Shown here piece by piece: positions 27,223 through 38,771 of a DNA stretch of 64,000 nt. Source of the stretch: the human T2T-CHM13v2.0 reference genome, Homo sapiens. The stretch lies in assembly GCF_009914755.1 (NCBI RefSeq), contig NC_060932.1. The stretch is one strand, 5' to 3'. A program made the translations under genes and the position numbers. Below the pieces are notes generated by a model, which searched no databases, was not told where the DNA came from, and was given only the letters and a program-made list of their open reading frames with translations. The first letter of the stretch is position 1. Each line of letters starts with the position of its first letter.

Positions 27223-27724
27223 GGTTCATTCTTCTTTTCCATTAATCTATTTTTATACCAGTACCATGCTGTGTTGGTTACTATAGCCTTGTACGATTTG
27301 AAGTCTTGTAATGTGATGTTTCCAGCTTTATTCTTTTTGCTTAGAATTTTGTTGGTTATTTGGGCTCTTTTTTGGTTCTGTATGAATTTTAGGGTTGTTT
27401 TTCTAATGCTGTGAAAAATGACATTTGCATTTTTTACTCATTTTAACTGTGTTTACCTTTATCTCACTTTCAAAGTCTTTGTTCGATAATTCTAATATCT
27501 AGCTCTTTGCATTAGCAACTATTGATTATCTTTACTCTTCAGAATTCATTTCTTTCTCTTTTTTTTCTTTCTGTCTCTATCTCTTTTTTTTCTTTCAAGT
27601 TATTTTTCATTGTATCTTGGGCAGTTTGGATATTATAGTGCTATAGTGTGAGACATTGGAACATTTTAAATTCCTCTAGAGAATGTTAATTTGTCTTAGG
27701 AGCCAACCAACCCAGGTATGTGCT

Positions 27725-27823
27725 CTTTTTTTCCTTGTCTTTTTGAGAGGGAAGGTCTTTCTCTGTCACCCAGGCTGGAGTGTAGTAGGGGTGATCTAGG
27801 CTCACTGCAACCTTGACCTCCTG
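27725..27823 (-). mobile_element. Truncated AluJ right-arm fragment
   Basis: TCTGTCACCCAGGCTGGAGTGTAGT...GGCTCACTGCAACCTTGACCTCCTG. Confidence 0.8.
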
Positions 27824-28839
27824 CAATGCAGGTATGTTAGCCCACATATTCTGTCTTGCCTTCTTTGGTCAGTGGCTCCAGCTGAGTTTTCCAAGCATTT
27901 AATATGCCTTTTGGATCTGCCCTCCACATGTGTTACTCAGTGGTTAGACTGACGTGGGTGGCGGTTTTTATTATAGTTCAGACCTTAAAGGCTTTACTGT
28001 ATTTCTTTGCCAGTGTAGCTCAGAAGTGAGCCTGGGACTTGGGCTGATTCATATGCAGATAGAGAGGTGCTTTCTCCAGCTCTTTTCTCTCTGGAATTTT
28101 CCATCCAATCTTCAACATTTAAGAGTCCCATTTCCTAGTTCTCTGCATAGAAAACTGAGGTTTCTGTCAGAGATTTAGCTCCCAGCAGTAGAATCACCTT
28201 CCATGCTAAGCAGTGAAATAGAAAAGAGAAAAATAACAAAGATTCCCCTACACTCTTCAGACTACAGGGCTCCCCTTATCCTGTTCTGGCCAGAGAGATG
28301 GGTTTTCTTTTGGACGTTATAGGTGCCTTTACCACCAACATCACCTGTCAGTGCAATTTCAAGGAAAGGACCAGAAAAGGAAAGAGAAAATATACACCCC
28401 TCCCCAACACTCTCCATCTCACTGGGTCCCCATTTCACTGTCCTCTGGCCAGGAACATGGAGTTCTCTCTTAGAGCTTTTGCTGTCTACACCAGCTACTC
28501 AGTTCCAGGACATTAGTTGCCCTCAGGTCAAACTCAAAATATCAAGGGAGAGAACAAAGCCCAGTAAACTCATTGCCATTCTGGTCATTCTTCAGGTTTT
28601 GACTTCCCTCCTGGTCTGTCTGCCATTGTTTAGTTTTGAGAGCACTCGCGTAGTTGCTTTTTTATTCTGTCCACAGTTGTTAGCTGAAATCACTTGGAGA
28701 GATAGGCTGTTATGGGCTTACTTCATCTTGGCTGGCTCCAGAAATTTATTATCCTGTTTATGTGAAATGCCCAGCCTCTTGGATTCTTAGCATCTTTATC
28801 GCCTGTCCCTAGTTCTTTCCAAGATAGTGTCTTGGTGAT

Positions 28840-28844
28840 TGTGT

Positions 28845-28887
<43 letters not shown>

Positions 28888-28892
28888 TGTGT
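28840..28892. repeat. Interrupted (TG)n microsatellite
   Basis: Seen directly. Confidence 0.95.
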
Positions 28893-29629
28893 TCTGCATA
28901 ACATAATATTAGCAGCAGTGTAGGGTCCTCAGATTCCCTTTTGTGTCCTCTGGGTATCCACAGATGGGCTGATAGGGTCCTGTGACCCAGCGCCCATTAG
29001 GATACTCCCATCCGGCATTATGGGAGCAATGTTTTGTTCACTTTCTGGAGCTCAGGGGTCCATTCATTTCCTACTGGCCTCAAATTCTCTGCCTACTTTA
29101 TTCTATTTCTCTCTTGTACCCTCTCTGGGGCCCATGAGAACTACTAACGTGCTTCAGGCTCACCCATCCACTTGTCTGCCTCTGACAGCTCCTCACCTTG
29201 GCTCCTGTGCAATGTTAGAAGTGGCCACATGGAGCTTTTTCTAGAGGCTTGCAATCTCCCCTATTATGTTCAGGGAACCAAGTTACCTGGCCCAGTTTTA
29301 GTAGGCACCCTGATACCCATCTGGTTGTTGTTAAAGGCCAAGCCCCAACCTCTGCAAAAAGTGTTGTCTTGAAAAAAGAATGGGTGTGAAGAGAGAGACC
29401 CCAGCACCCTACCGACTCACTTCATCTGTCCCTCTATTTTCCCCCACAATTTCTCAGGCATAAAGGCTTGGCCTGTCCCCTTTCTCTTTCTGTTTGGCAC
29501 AGATCTCTCCCATGTAAAATGTTATCTCATTCTTGATATGTTTTAAAAAGCAAACAAAGAAACTTAGAAAATCCTTTGCAATAACAACCATACTTAAGAA
29601 CAAAGAAACCGTAATAAAGAAACATGACC

Positions 29630-30250
29630 AATATTCAAATGCCAGGAGACTGTGGCTCAGAGTCTTTAGTGTGATCCACATTTTGTACTCAGGCAAGTTG
29701 TCATTCAACTACACAGGAAACTGACATTTTCAAATATGCAAGAACTCTGAGGCTATAACACCTAGGAGTCACTCTTGGAAAACCCACTTGACAATAACAC
29801 CTAGCTAATCATAAATCGAAAGTGAATTAAAATAAACTCAGAAATAGAGAAGCTTGTGTAAATTATTCATGCTTGACATTGAAACCACTTAAATTAAGAC
29901 AAAGTAACTGTTGGAATTACACTTATAAGACAGACTGGAAGTGTTATATATTTACAAATAATAATAATGCTAATGAGAACATCACAAACAAAATTGAGAA
30001 CTAAAGGAGGAAGAGTTAGAGAAACTATTTGAGAAAGCATTTTGTAATCTCAGGATTTATAGGTAATAAATCAATACTGTCTAAAATAAAAATATATACA
30101 TGGCTATAATTTGTGTATTACCAAAATATTTTTCCTTAACCTTAGTAGGAATGCTTAAGACTATGTCTTGTAGTAAAGAAATATTTAATTAAGAACAGTA
30201 ATTTGTTCAAGTTTATTTTATTTTGATTTCTGCTAAATAAAAACTTCTTG
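29630..30250 (+). mobile_element. HAL1-like fragment
   Basis: AATGCCAGGAGAC...CAAGTTGTCATTCAAC...CATTTTCAAATATGCAAGAACTC matches the recalled HAL1 ORF 3' region. Confidence 0.6.
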
Positions 30251-30329
30251 TTAAAAGTGTACACACTGTATAATCTCATTTTATGCAATTACATTGATCA
30301 ATCTACCCCATCCACCACTCTTTCACTCC

Positions 30330-30332
<3 letters not shown>

Positions 30333-30364
<32 letters not shown>
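30333..30364. repeat. (GT)16 microsatellite
   Basis: Seen directly. Confidence 0.96.
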
Positions 30365-30367
<3 letters not shown>

Positions 30368-30939
30368 CATAACAATAAAAACTAAATCTGGAATTATGCT
30401 CAGTTAATGACAGCTACTTCTGTTCATGTAGTTTTAGATGTACTTTATTGAATTACTTGTGTTGTTTTTTGTAATGGACATATATCCTTTTATCTGAAAT
30501 TATGTTAGTCCTCTTTGAGAATTTTGACAGAAGTAGGGTGAGTTGGATAATGCCTAATAAACGAATTTTCCTCATTTCCATTCAGCAGGACCTGTAATCT
30601 CTGTTAGCAGTGGAGCTGCTCAGCAAAGGTTAAGCTTGATAGTGAACAACCTCTTTATGTACAAAACCGTATTTGGTAGGCCTCATTGCTGGTAATAGTT
30701 TCACTATATCTTGATGGATATTTAAGCCACATTGATTTTTTGGTATGGGCTGTTTGGAAGGAATGTCCGAAGTAACTATAGATGCTTAGCCTTCTTTTTC
30801 AAAGTTTCTAGCACCTATGTCCCACACACATTAGGAACTGAATGTTTATTCTACTGAACTGAAATAATAGAGTTTTTCACATATTTGAGACTTACCTGTT
30901 AAAGAGAGACTTTGTTTTTTTTTGTTTTACATCAGACAG

Positions 30940-31172
30940 AAGTATAAGAACCATGGGGGAATGTTGTTGGAAGGTAGATTTGACTCAATATAAAAAAAAA
31001 ATTTAGCCATTCAGAAATCAAACAAGTTGCTTCAGAGGTGAAATAGTCTCCACTGCAACATGTTCAAGAGAATCTGGGGGCTTATTTAAAAGGTCATATT
31101 GTAAAGGACATTCATGCATCACAGGCTGTCTCTAACATCTGACCTGTTCCCACTAAGACACCATTATTCTGT
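30940..31172 (+). mobile_element. L3/CR1 3' end
   Basis: GGTAGATTTGACTCAATATAA...AGAGGTGAAATAGTCTCCACTGCAACATGTTCAAG resembles the CR1 3' region. Confidence 0.55.
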
Positions 31173-31174
31173 AA

Positions 31175-31534
<360 letters not shown>

Positions 31535-31541
31535 GAAGGCC

Positions 31542-31791
31542 TTTTTTTTAAGATATCGGGTCTTGCTCTGTGCCCAGGCTGGAATGCAGTGGCACAATCA
31601 CAGCTCACTATAACCTCAAACTCCAGACTCAAGCAATCCTCCCACCACAGGCTCCTGAGTAGGTATGTACCACCATGTCTGGCTGATTTCATTTTCTGTA
31701 GAGACAGGATCTCACTACATGGCCGACACTAGACTCAACCTCTGCTCAAGCAATCCTTCTGCCTTGGACTCCCAAAGTGCTGGGATTATAG
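31542..31791 (-). mobile_element. AluJ, slightly 5'-truncated
   Basis: GGGTCTTGCTCTGTGCCCAGG...CAATCACAGCTCAC...CTCAAGCAATCCT...GCTGGGATTATAG. Confidence 0.9.
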
Positions 31792-33337
31792 TGAAAGCTT
31801 TTGAATGCTGACTTAGTAGCTTTGCTCTTGCTCACTGTTTTAGTATACCATCGATAAAATGGGGTCTGGTTAAGGTGATTGCTATCATTTTTCCGGTACT
31901 AAGATTTTCTGATCCTATAATCTTCTACATGTGATGATTTTACATAATCATATTTCAATCCATGTCAGCAAATATCCATTCGTTGTCAATTATGTACCAG
32001 GTACTATGTTAGGTACTGAGACAGTGGCGTCACCCAATCTCTTTATCCTCTTAGTCTTAGAGAAACACAGAACTGGTTAATGGGGGAGGTGTCTTCAACC
32101 TTGCTTTAACACTGTGAAAACCAGAAATCAATGCATTCCCAAAGGCACAGTTTCTGTGACTGGAAGGTTCAGATGTTCTGTTTGTGCTGATTGACATCAC
32201 CAAATAGTTTCCCGTTGGCATGATGTGAATTTCTTTTTTAGGAAGGCTTTCCAACAGCAGTGTAAAGACTTAGAATCCACAGAAGCCTCTCAATTGCATG
32301 ACCACATTGATGTGAAGAGGTGTGACATTAATCTAAACAACAATTCAAAGTCATCCCAGGAAACGAAACCTCAAGAAATGAATGAAAATAAATTTCTTTA
32401 AAAAACTATTGAGAAATGACATGGTGACAGATGTCAGTTTCCTACTGAGATGAGTGAAGCATGGGAATACTTTATTTTAAAAAATTAAACAACCAGTGAT
32501 AACATGCAAGAAATACCCAGAAGCACCCTCTCCAATGCATTTATTTTCTATGTGAAGTTAATAGAAAATTTCAACTCACTACCCAAAATTAAGATCATGA
32601 AATTTTATATTTACTCAAATTAAGTTTTAAGAATAAAGTTTGGATTTCTTCTGATGGGTTTTCTCCACCATTCCATCTCTGTTGTTATTCATTCTGAGTA
32701 CTGTTTATTGAATGCACTCATGGGGTGGAAAGTCAACAAACCAAGAAAATGCAGGTGTGGATGTGATGAGATCTGATAGAACCCACAGTCCCTAAGGAAA
32801 ATAAACAGGAGCCATGGATTTAAACGAACTTAAATGTTGTCTGTAACCTTAAGGTAATTATCCTTCCTTTCCCCCTTCCTTTGTCTTCTATATGCATGCA
32901 TTTAGGTGACACATAAACATTTGTACTTAAACATGAATTTGCGGTAATTCCTCAGAAACTTAATAGATCTTATTCACTGCAGAAAATTCAAAATTAATAA
33001 TGCCAAGGGCAATGCCTCACTAAACAATATCAACAAGCAAATGTGTTAAAACCTGTCATCTTAGATAAAATGCTGACCCATCGAGCTGTTTTGCATTATT
33101 AGCAATTTTATAAGGTTCTATTGGGAAAGCATTGCTACTAAATGAAATGAAATAAGCCTGATTATTACATCTATGATTACTCTGAGAGAATAACAGATAA
33201 TTTAATAGAAACCATTTTCAGTTGAAACCAAACTTGTCTCACTTTGCAATAATTCTCCACTGTTTTCTGCTCTTCAATACAATAGTTGCTTTGAAGTTTC
33301 TCAAATTTACTTTCTCTTGGTTTGCAGTACCATCTTT

Positions 33338-33641
33338 CTTTTTTTTTTTTTTTTTTTTTTGACAGCGTCTCTCGCTCTGTCACCTGGCTGGAGTGCAGTG
33401 GTGGCACAATTTTGGCTCACTGCAGTCCCTGCCTCCCAGGTTCAAGTGATTTCCTGCCTCAGTCTCCCGAGTAGCTGGGATTACAGGCGCGAACCACCGT
33501 GCCCGGCTAAGTTTTGTATTTTTAGTAGAGACGGGGTTTCACCATGTTGGCCAGGATGGTCTCAATCTCTTGACCTCATGATCCACCCACCTCAGGCTCC
33601 CAAAGTGCTGGGATTACAGGCGTGAGCTGCCGCGCCCAGCC
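33338..33641 (-). mobile_element. AluSc
   Basis: Diagnostic GGCCAGGATGGTCTCAATCTCTTGACCTC. TSD TGC(A/T)GTACCATCTTT at 33323-33337 and 33642-33656. Confidence 0.94.
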
Positions 33642-34529
33642 TGCTGTACCATCTTTATTTTGAGTCAATAATCTTTGGCCATAGCATTTTGAAAAAAATG
33701 CATTACCCCACATTTAAAAAATTGTGTCTTCCAGTTTTTTATGGTGTCAGGATAGTAGCCCCTGATGTAGCCACTTTTAATTTCCGTTGAAAAATCTATC
33801 ACATTTCCTAAATTGGTAGCCCATGGGGCACTGTAGGATGGTAATAAGCATTACAGAGTTTTCTCTAAAACATCTGCACATCTTTAGTACACCAAGAGGA
33901 ATAGAGAAGATTCTAAGAAGAGGCTATAGGGCAAGGTTTCCTACGCTTGTTTAACCACAGCTTTTCTTTGTTGTTAGCTATCCATGTCTCTAGAAACAAG
34001 TTCTAAAATAACATTAAAGACAGACTGAACAACAAAAATACAGGAAAAACTAACTAACACCAAAAATGAATGTAACACAAATATTTCTGGATCTTCTTTC
34101 TCCTCCCTTAAGGCTCATCTCAGTGTTAAATGCCTTTCAAAATAGTGTATTTTTTTTCTAAAGTTCTTTTATGGAAATTTAAGAGAGGGTCAGGGAGGAT
34201 GGAGCACAGCAAAACTTTCTAAAAATCCAACTTACAATTTCCCCTTTCCCAAAATTTCTATGCCTCATTGCATCAACACAAATCTCTCTCTAACTTGTTC
34301 CCTGTACCCCACTCCCATGATCCCTCCCAGATATTTTTCCCATCCATTTGCAAGCTCTACACATGACTAGAGGTCTATGTCATTTGCATCCTCAGCTACT
34401 GTACCTTTCAGCCAATCCAAAGGAAACTTCTTTGGATTCATCGTCTTTTAAAAACCAGAGGACAATAAATATTAATCCAATAGGGAGATTCCTTGGAGGA
34501 GAGGATATGTGGATATTAACTATGGGTGT

Positions 34530-34968
34530 TTAATAAAAGGGGTCCTTTTATTTGTTTCTTATTCTATACTTACCTAGGAAAAATGGCAAATAAAATTCTT
34601 TCTTTCGTTAGTTCCCCTGCCTCTTTCTTCCCAGAAAGTGGCAGCCAGATTTTCAGGTCAGAATAATAATAGTATTTCAGGACCAGGTAGAAGTAGAGAT
34701 TCTCTTGGAAAACTAGGTTAGTTTGAAGCCTTGGAGAGATAATAAATGTGCTTAGTCTAAATGCATGGGTGGGAATGGGCCAGGGCTGTGGAGTGTCTTG
34801 GAGGTAGCTGGAGATCACGGGAAGCCTGTCTGACAAGTCTAAACATTGCCGACATAGGCTAGGGAAAATTGAAAGGGGTAGGGGAACTAGTTAAAGAAAT
34901 ACTTTCATTTTTCATTTTTCCTAGGTAAGTATAGCATAAGAAAAAAAAAAGGACCCCCATCTTATTAA
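34530..34968. repeat. Long inverted repeat (fold-back): 98-bp arms at 34530-34627 and 34871-34968, 243-bp spacer
   Basis: Hand alignment gives 11 mismatches in the inner 70 bp and a perfect 22-bp core CTATACTTACCTAGGAAAAATG / CATTTTTCCTAGGTAAGTATAG. Confidence 0.93.
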
Positions 34969-35577
34969 TCACTTCTTCTTCTCCAAGACACTGCTTCGGC
35001 TGTCAGAAAATTGTGATAGTGCTCAAATTCTGTTAGAACAATACATTCGGGGCCATGTGCTGAAAACATCCTAATGAATATGTATTAATATATCTGCGAT
35101 GTCAACAATGAGCATGGTGCCCCTTGGGGCACACAGTATCCAATCTGTGCAGCTATCCATGGCCGCCCCAGCTTTGGCCTTAGGAGCCATGGTGCGGGTC
35201 TCTGTGCCATGCCTTTATCAGTGGCTAGCATGTGGATGGCAGGATTGGGAGTGTAAATCCTATTTGAGAGGACATCATGTAGCAGAAGCAGCACATAGAT
35301 AATGGTGGCTACCAGGAACTGAAAAACAGACCCTCTCTCCAATTTTCCAGAGAAGGCCACAGGATCCAATCTAAAAGCGTGTGGAGGAGGCCTAAGAAAA
35401 ATTTTCCCTAGTAGAAAGGCAGAGAGGATTATACTGAAAAAAGTAACTGGTAGCCTGCCTGGGCTTTGCACCCCCTCTTGATTCTGCACAGGGCCTTCAG
35501 CCTGTACTCCAGGGACATACCCTACAGCTGCCTGTCATTGCTAAGCCACCAGGTGCTACACTCCCTCTCTGGAGAGA

Positions 35578-35822
35578 TAGGCTGGTGCAGTAGTTAAGAG
35601 GGGGCCTTCAGTACCAGATTTCTTGGGTTTAAGCACTGGCTCTACTTACCTCCTGCCACAAAAACTTAACTATCTCTGCCTCAATTTCCTTACCTATAAA
35701 ATGAGGATAATATTGGAATCCACTTTATTGAGCTGGTATGAGGATTAAATGAGGTTTTCAGGAAATATATGAAATACTTAGATGGCCTGGCACACAGTAG
35801 TGTTGGTTTCCACTATTATTAT
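35578..35822 (+). mobile_element. MIR, near full length
   Basis: GTAGTTAAGAG...ACTTAACTATCTCTGCCTCAATTTCCTTACCTATAAAATGAGGATAAT...GAGGATTAAATGAG...CCTGGCACACAGTAG. Confidence 0.85.
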
Positions 35823-35870
35823 CCCTGGCCACCTTAGTCCCAAATATGTCCGTATCTATTGAAAGACTAA

Positions 35871-37775
35871 GGTCTTTGTTACAAGAGTATATCGTGTGAT
35901 GCTGAGGTTTAGGGTACAATTCAAACCATTACCCAGGTAAAAAGTATCCAATAGGAAGTTTTTCAATCCTTTCTCCCCTCTTTCCCTCCCCTCTCTTGTA
36001 GTTCCCAGTGTCTGTTGTTATCATCATTATGTCCATGTGTACCCAATATTTAACTCCCATTTATAAGCAAGAACATGCGGAGTTTGGTTTGCTGTTTCTG
36101 TCTGTGTTAATTTGCTTAGGATAGTGGCTCCAGCTGAATCCATATTGCTGCGGAGAACATGATTCTACTCTTTTCTTACGGCTGTGTGGTATTCCATGTA
36201 CCACATTTTCTTTAACCAGTCCACCATTGATGGGCACCTAGGTTGATTCCACATCTTTGCTGTTGTGAATAGTGCTGTGATGAACATGTAAGTGCATGTG
36301 TTTTTTCGGTAGAATAATTTCTTTTCTTTTGTATATATACCCAATAATGAGAGTGATGGGTCAAACAGTAGTTCTATTTTTAGCTATTTGAGAAATCTTC
36401 AAACTGCTTCCCACAGTGGTGAACTAATTGATATTCCCACCAACAGTGTATAAGTGTTCCCTTTTCTCTGCAGCCTCACCAACATCTATATTTCAACTTT
36501 CTAATAATCACCATTCTGACTTCTGTGAGATGGTATCTCCTTGTGGTTTTGATTTGCATTTCTCTAAAGATTAGTGATGTGGAACAGTTTTTCCTATGTT
36601 TGTTGGCAACCTGTATGTCCTCTGAGAAGTGTTTGTTCATATCCTCTGTTCACTTTTTAAAGGGGTCATATTTTGCTTATTGATTTAAGTTCCTTGTAAA
36701 TTCTGGATGTTAGACCTTTGTCAGATGCATAGTTTGAGTATTTTTTTCTCATTTTGTCAGATGCATAGTTTGAGTATTTTTTTCTCATTCTGTAAGTTTT
36801 CTGTTTACTCTGTTGATAGTTTCTTTTACTATGCAGAGCTCATTAGTTTAATAAGGTCCTGCTTATCAATTTTTTGTTGCAATTGCTTTTGAGGACTTAG
36901 TCATAAATTATTTGCCAAGGCCAACATCCAGAAAGGTATTTCCTAGGTTTTCTTCTAGGATTTTTATAGTTTTAGGTCTTACATTTAAGTCTTAACCTAT
37001 TTTAGGTTAATTTTCATATATAGTAACAGGTAGGGGTCCGGTTTCATTCTTTCGTATATGGCAATTCAGTTTTCCCAGCATCATTTATTGAATAGGGTTT
37101 CCTTTCCTTATTGCTTATTTTTGTTGCTTTGTCGAAGATCAGCTGCTTGCAGGTGTGCAGCTTTATTTCTGGGTTCTCTGTTCTGTTTCATTTGTCTATA
37201 TGTCTGTTTTTATATCAGTACCATGCTGCTTTGGTTACTGTAGGCTTGTATAGTTTGAAGCTAGGTAATAATGTGATGCCTCTGACTTTGTTCTTTCTGT
37301 CTAGGATTGCATTGGCTATTTGTGGTCTTTTTTGGTTCCATATGAATTTTAGAACAGTTTTTTTTCTAATTCTGTGAAAAATGATTGCTCTGCCTAGGAC
37401 TTCCAGTACAATGTTGAATATGAGTGGAGAGAGTGGGCATCCTTGTCTTGTCCCAGTTCTTTGGGGAATGCTTCCAACTTTCACCTGTTCGGTATCATGT
37501 TGGCTGTAGGTTTGTCAAGGTGGCACTTATTATTATAAGGTATGTTCCTTCGATTCCTAGTTTGTTGAGGGTTTTTACCATGAAAGGAAGTTGAGTTTTA
37601 CTGAAAGCTTTTTCTGCGTCTGTTGAGATGATCATACATTTTTCCTTTTAATTCTGTTTATGTGCTGAATTACGTTTACTAATTTGCATATATTGAACCA
37701 GCCTTGCACCCCAGAAATAATGCCTATTTGATTGTGGTGAATTAACTTTTTACGTGCTGCTGGATTCGGTTTATT
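35871..37775 (-). mobile_element. L1PA15/16-like 3' fragment with an internal deletion near 37385
   Basis: Reverse 3'UTR and ORF2. ORF 37215..37484 joins [20 protein letters not shown] directly to [13 protein letters not shown], which are non-adjacent in ORF2p. Confidence 0.92.
36718..36789. repeat. Perfect 36-bp tandem duplication within L1
   Basis: TTGTCAGATGCATAGTTTGAGTATTTTTTTCTCATT twice, with no mismatch. Confidence 0.96.
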
Positions 37776-37985
37776 GCAAATATTTAGTTCGGTGCTTCAG
37801 AAAACTAGATAGTGGAGGAGTAAACTATTCTATCCTAAAAGAGTGCAACTATTCTTAGTAAACACTCAAGAACCAATAAGAATTGGGTGGGAAGCTGAAT
37901 ACTTTATCCTGCCCTCTGCTATAAAGCCAAAAGGGTATTTGCCTATGAATTAAAAGAAAAATGAGTTAAACTAAGGAAAATTCAG

Positions 37986-38357
37986 TGTCTTAGTTTGCTT
38001 GGGCTGTTGTAACAAAATATCTCAGTCTGGGTGGCTTAAACAACAGGTAGTTATTTTTCATAGTTATGGAGGCTGCAAGTCCTAGATCAAGGTACTGGCA
38101 GATTTGGTTCTTAGCGAGGGCCTCTTCTTGGTTTGGAGACAGCCACCTTCTCTTTGTATCGTCAGATGGTGGAGAGAGAAAGCTCTGTTCTCTCTTCCTG
38201 TTGCTATAAAGGCACTAATCCCATCATGGGAATCCCTTCCTGATGACCTCATCAAAACCTAATTACCTCCCAAAGGCTATACCTCCAAATATAATCATTG
38301 CATTAGGGGCTAGGGCTTCAAAATATGAATTTTGGGGGATATATTCAATTTATAACA
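37986..38357 (-). mobile_element. MLT1A0-like solo LTR
   Basis: TGTCTTAGTTTGCTTGGGCTG...GGGTGGCTTAAACAACAG...ATATGAATTTTGGGGG...ATAACA. TSD TTCAG/GTCAG. Confidence 0.88.
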
Positions 38358-38550
38358 GTCAGTATCAGTTTTTCAGCAAAAATGAGATCTCATTTTAGAT
38401 TTAGCAAAGGCATGGAATGGAAGCCAGTGTGCTAAGCCCTTTGTGTGGATTATTTCACTTAGTTTTCACAACCTTTGTGGTTGATGCTATTATTGACTAT
38501 GCCACATAGTGATCCATAAGTGGAGAAGCTGGTTTAAAATTTACCAGCTG

Positions 38551-38771
38551 AACACATGGACACAAAGAAGGGAACAATAGACACCAGGGCCTGCCTGAGG
38601 GTGGAAAGTGGGAGGAGGGTGAGGATGGAAAAACTACCTATGCTTACCTATGCTTACCTATGATTACCTGGGTGATGAAATAATCTGTACACCAAACCCC
38701 CATGACACACGATTTACCTGATTAACAAACCTATCCATGTACCCCTGAACCTAAAATCAAAGTTATAAAAT
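38551..38771 (+). mobile_element. Short L1PA15/16-like 3' end inserted in a MIR-like fragment
   Basis: AACACATGGACACAAAGAAGGGAACAATAGACAC...ATGTACCCCTGAACCTAAAAT. TSD AAAATTTAC(CA/TG)GCTG; the CA/TG difference fits decay of one ancestral CpG. Contains an internal (TACCTATGCT)x3-like repeat. Confidence 0.9.

Larger units (their letters stand above)
25362..27455 (-). mobile_element. L1PB4/L1MA1-like 3' ~1.5 kb, nested in the older L1
   Basis: GGGGTACAAGTG...GTGGTGAAGTCAGAGCTTTTAGGG...CTCCCACTTATAAGTGAGAACATG; reverse ORF2 continues to GCTGTGAAAAATGAC. Confidence 0.88.
24500..28745 (-). mobile_element. Old L1M 5'UTR/ORF1 region, host to nested insertions
   Basis: TTCCTTTAGCATTT...CTGAAGGATATTTTTTGCTGAATATAGAATTCTGGGTTGAC is a reverse ORF1 region. 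The 5' terminal motif CATCTTGGCTGGCTCCAGAA near 28740 resembles the one near 53610. Confidence 0.75.

Noticed and set aside
28323-28790. 155-aa ORF
   Set aside because: It lies antisense in an old L1 5' region, has a non-ATG start and resembles no protein family I recognise.
34566-34578. U1 snRNA gene or pseudogene (starts ATACTTACCT)
   Set aside because: Only 10 nt match; the sequence continues AGGAAAAATG rather than U1's GGCAGGGGAG.
38379-38396. 18-bp perfect palindrome AAAATGAGATCTCATTTT
   Set aside because: Within chance expectation for 64 kb of AT-rich DNA.
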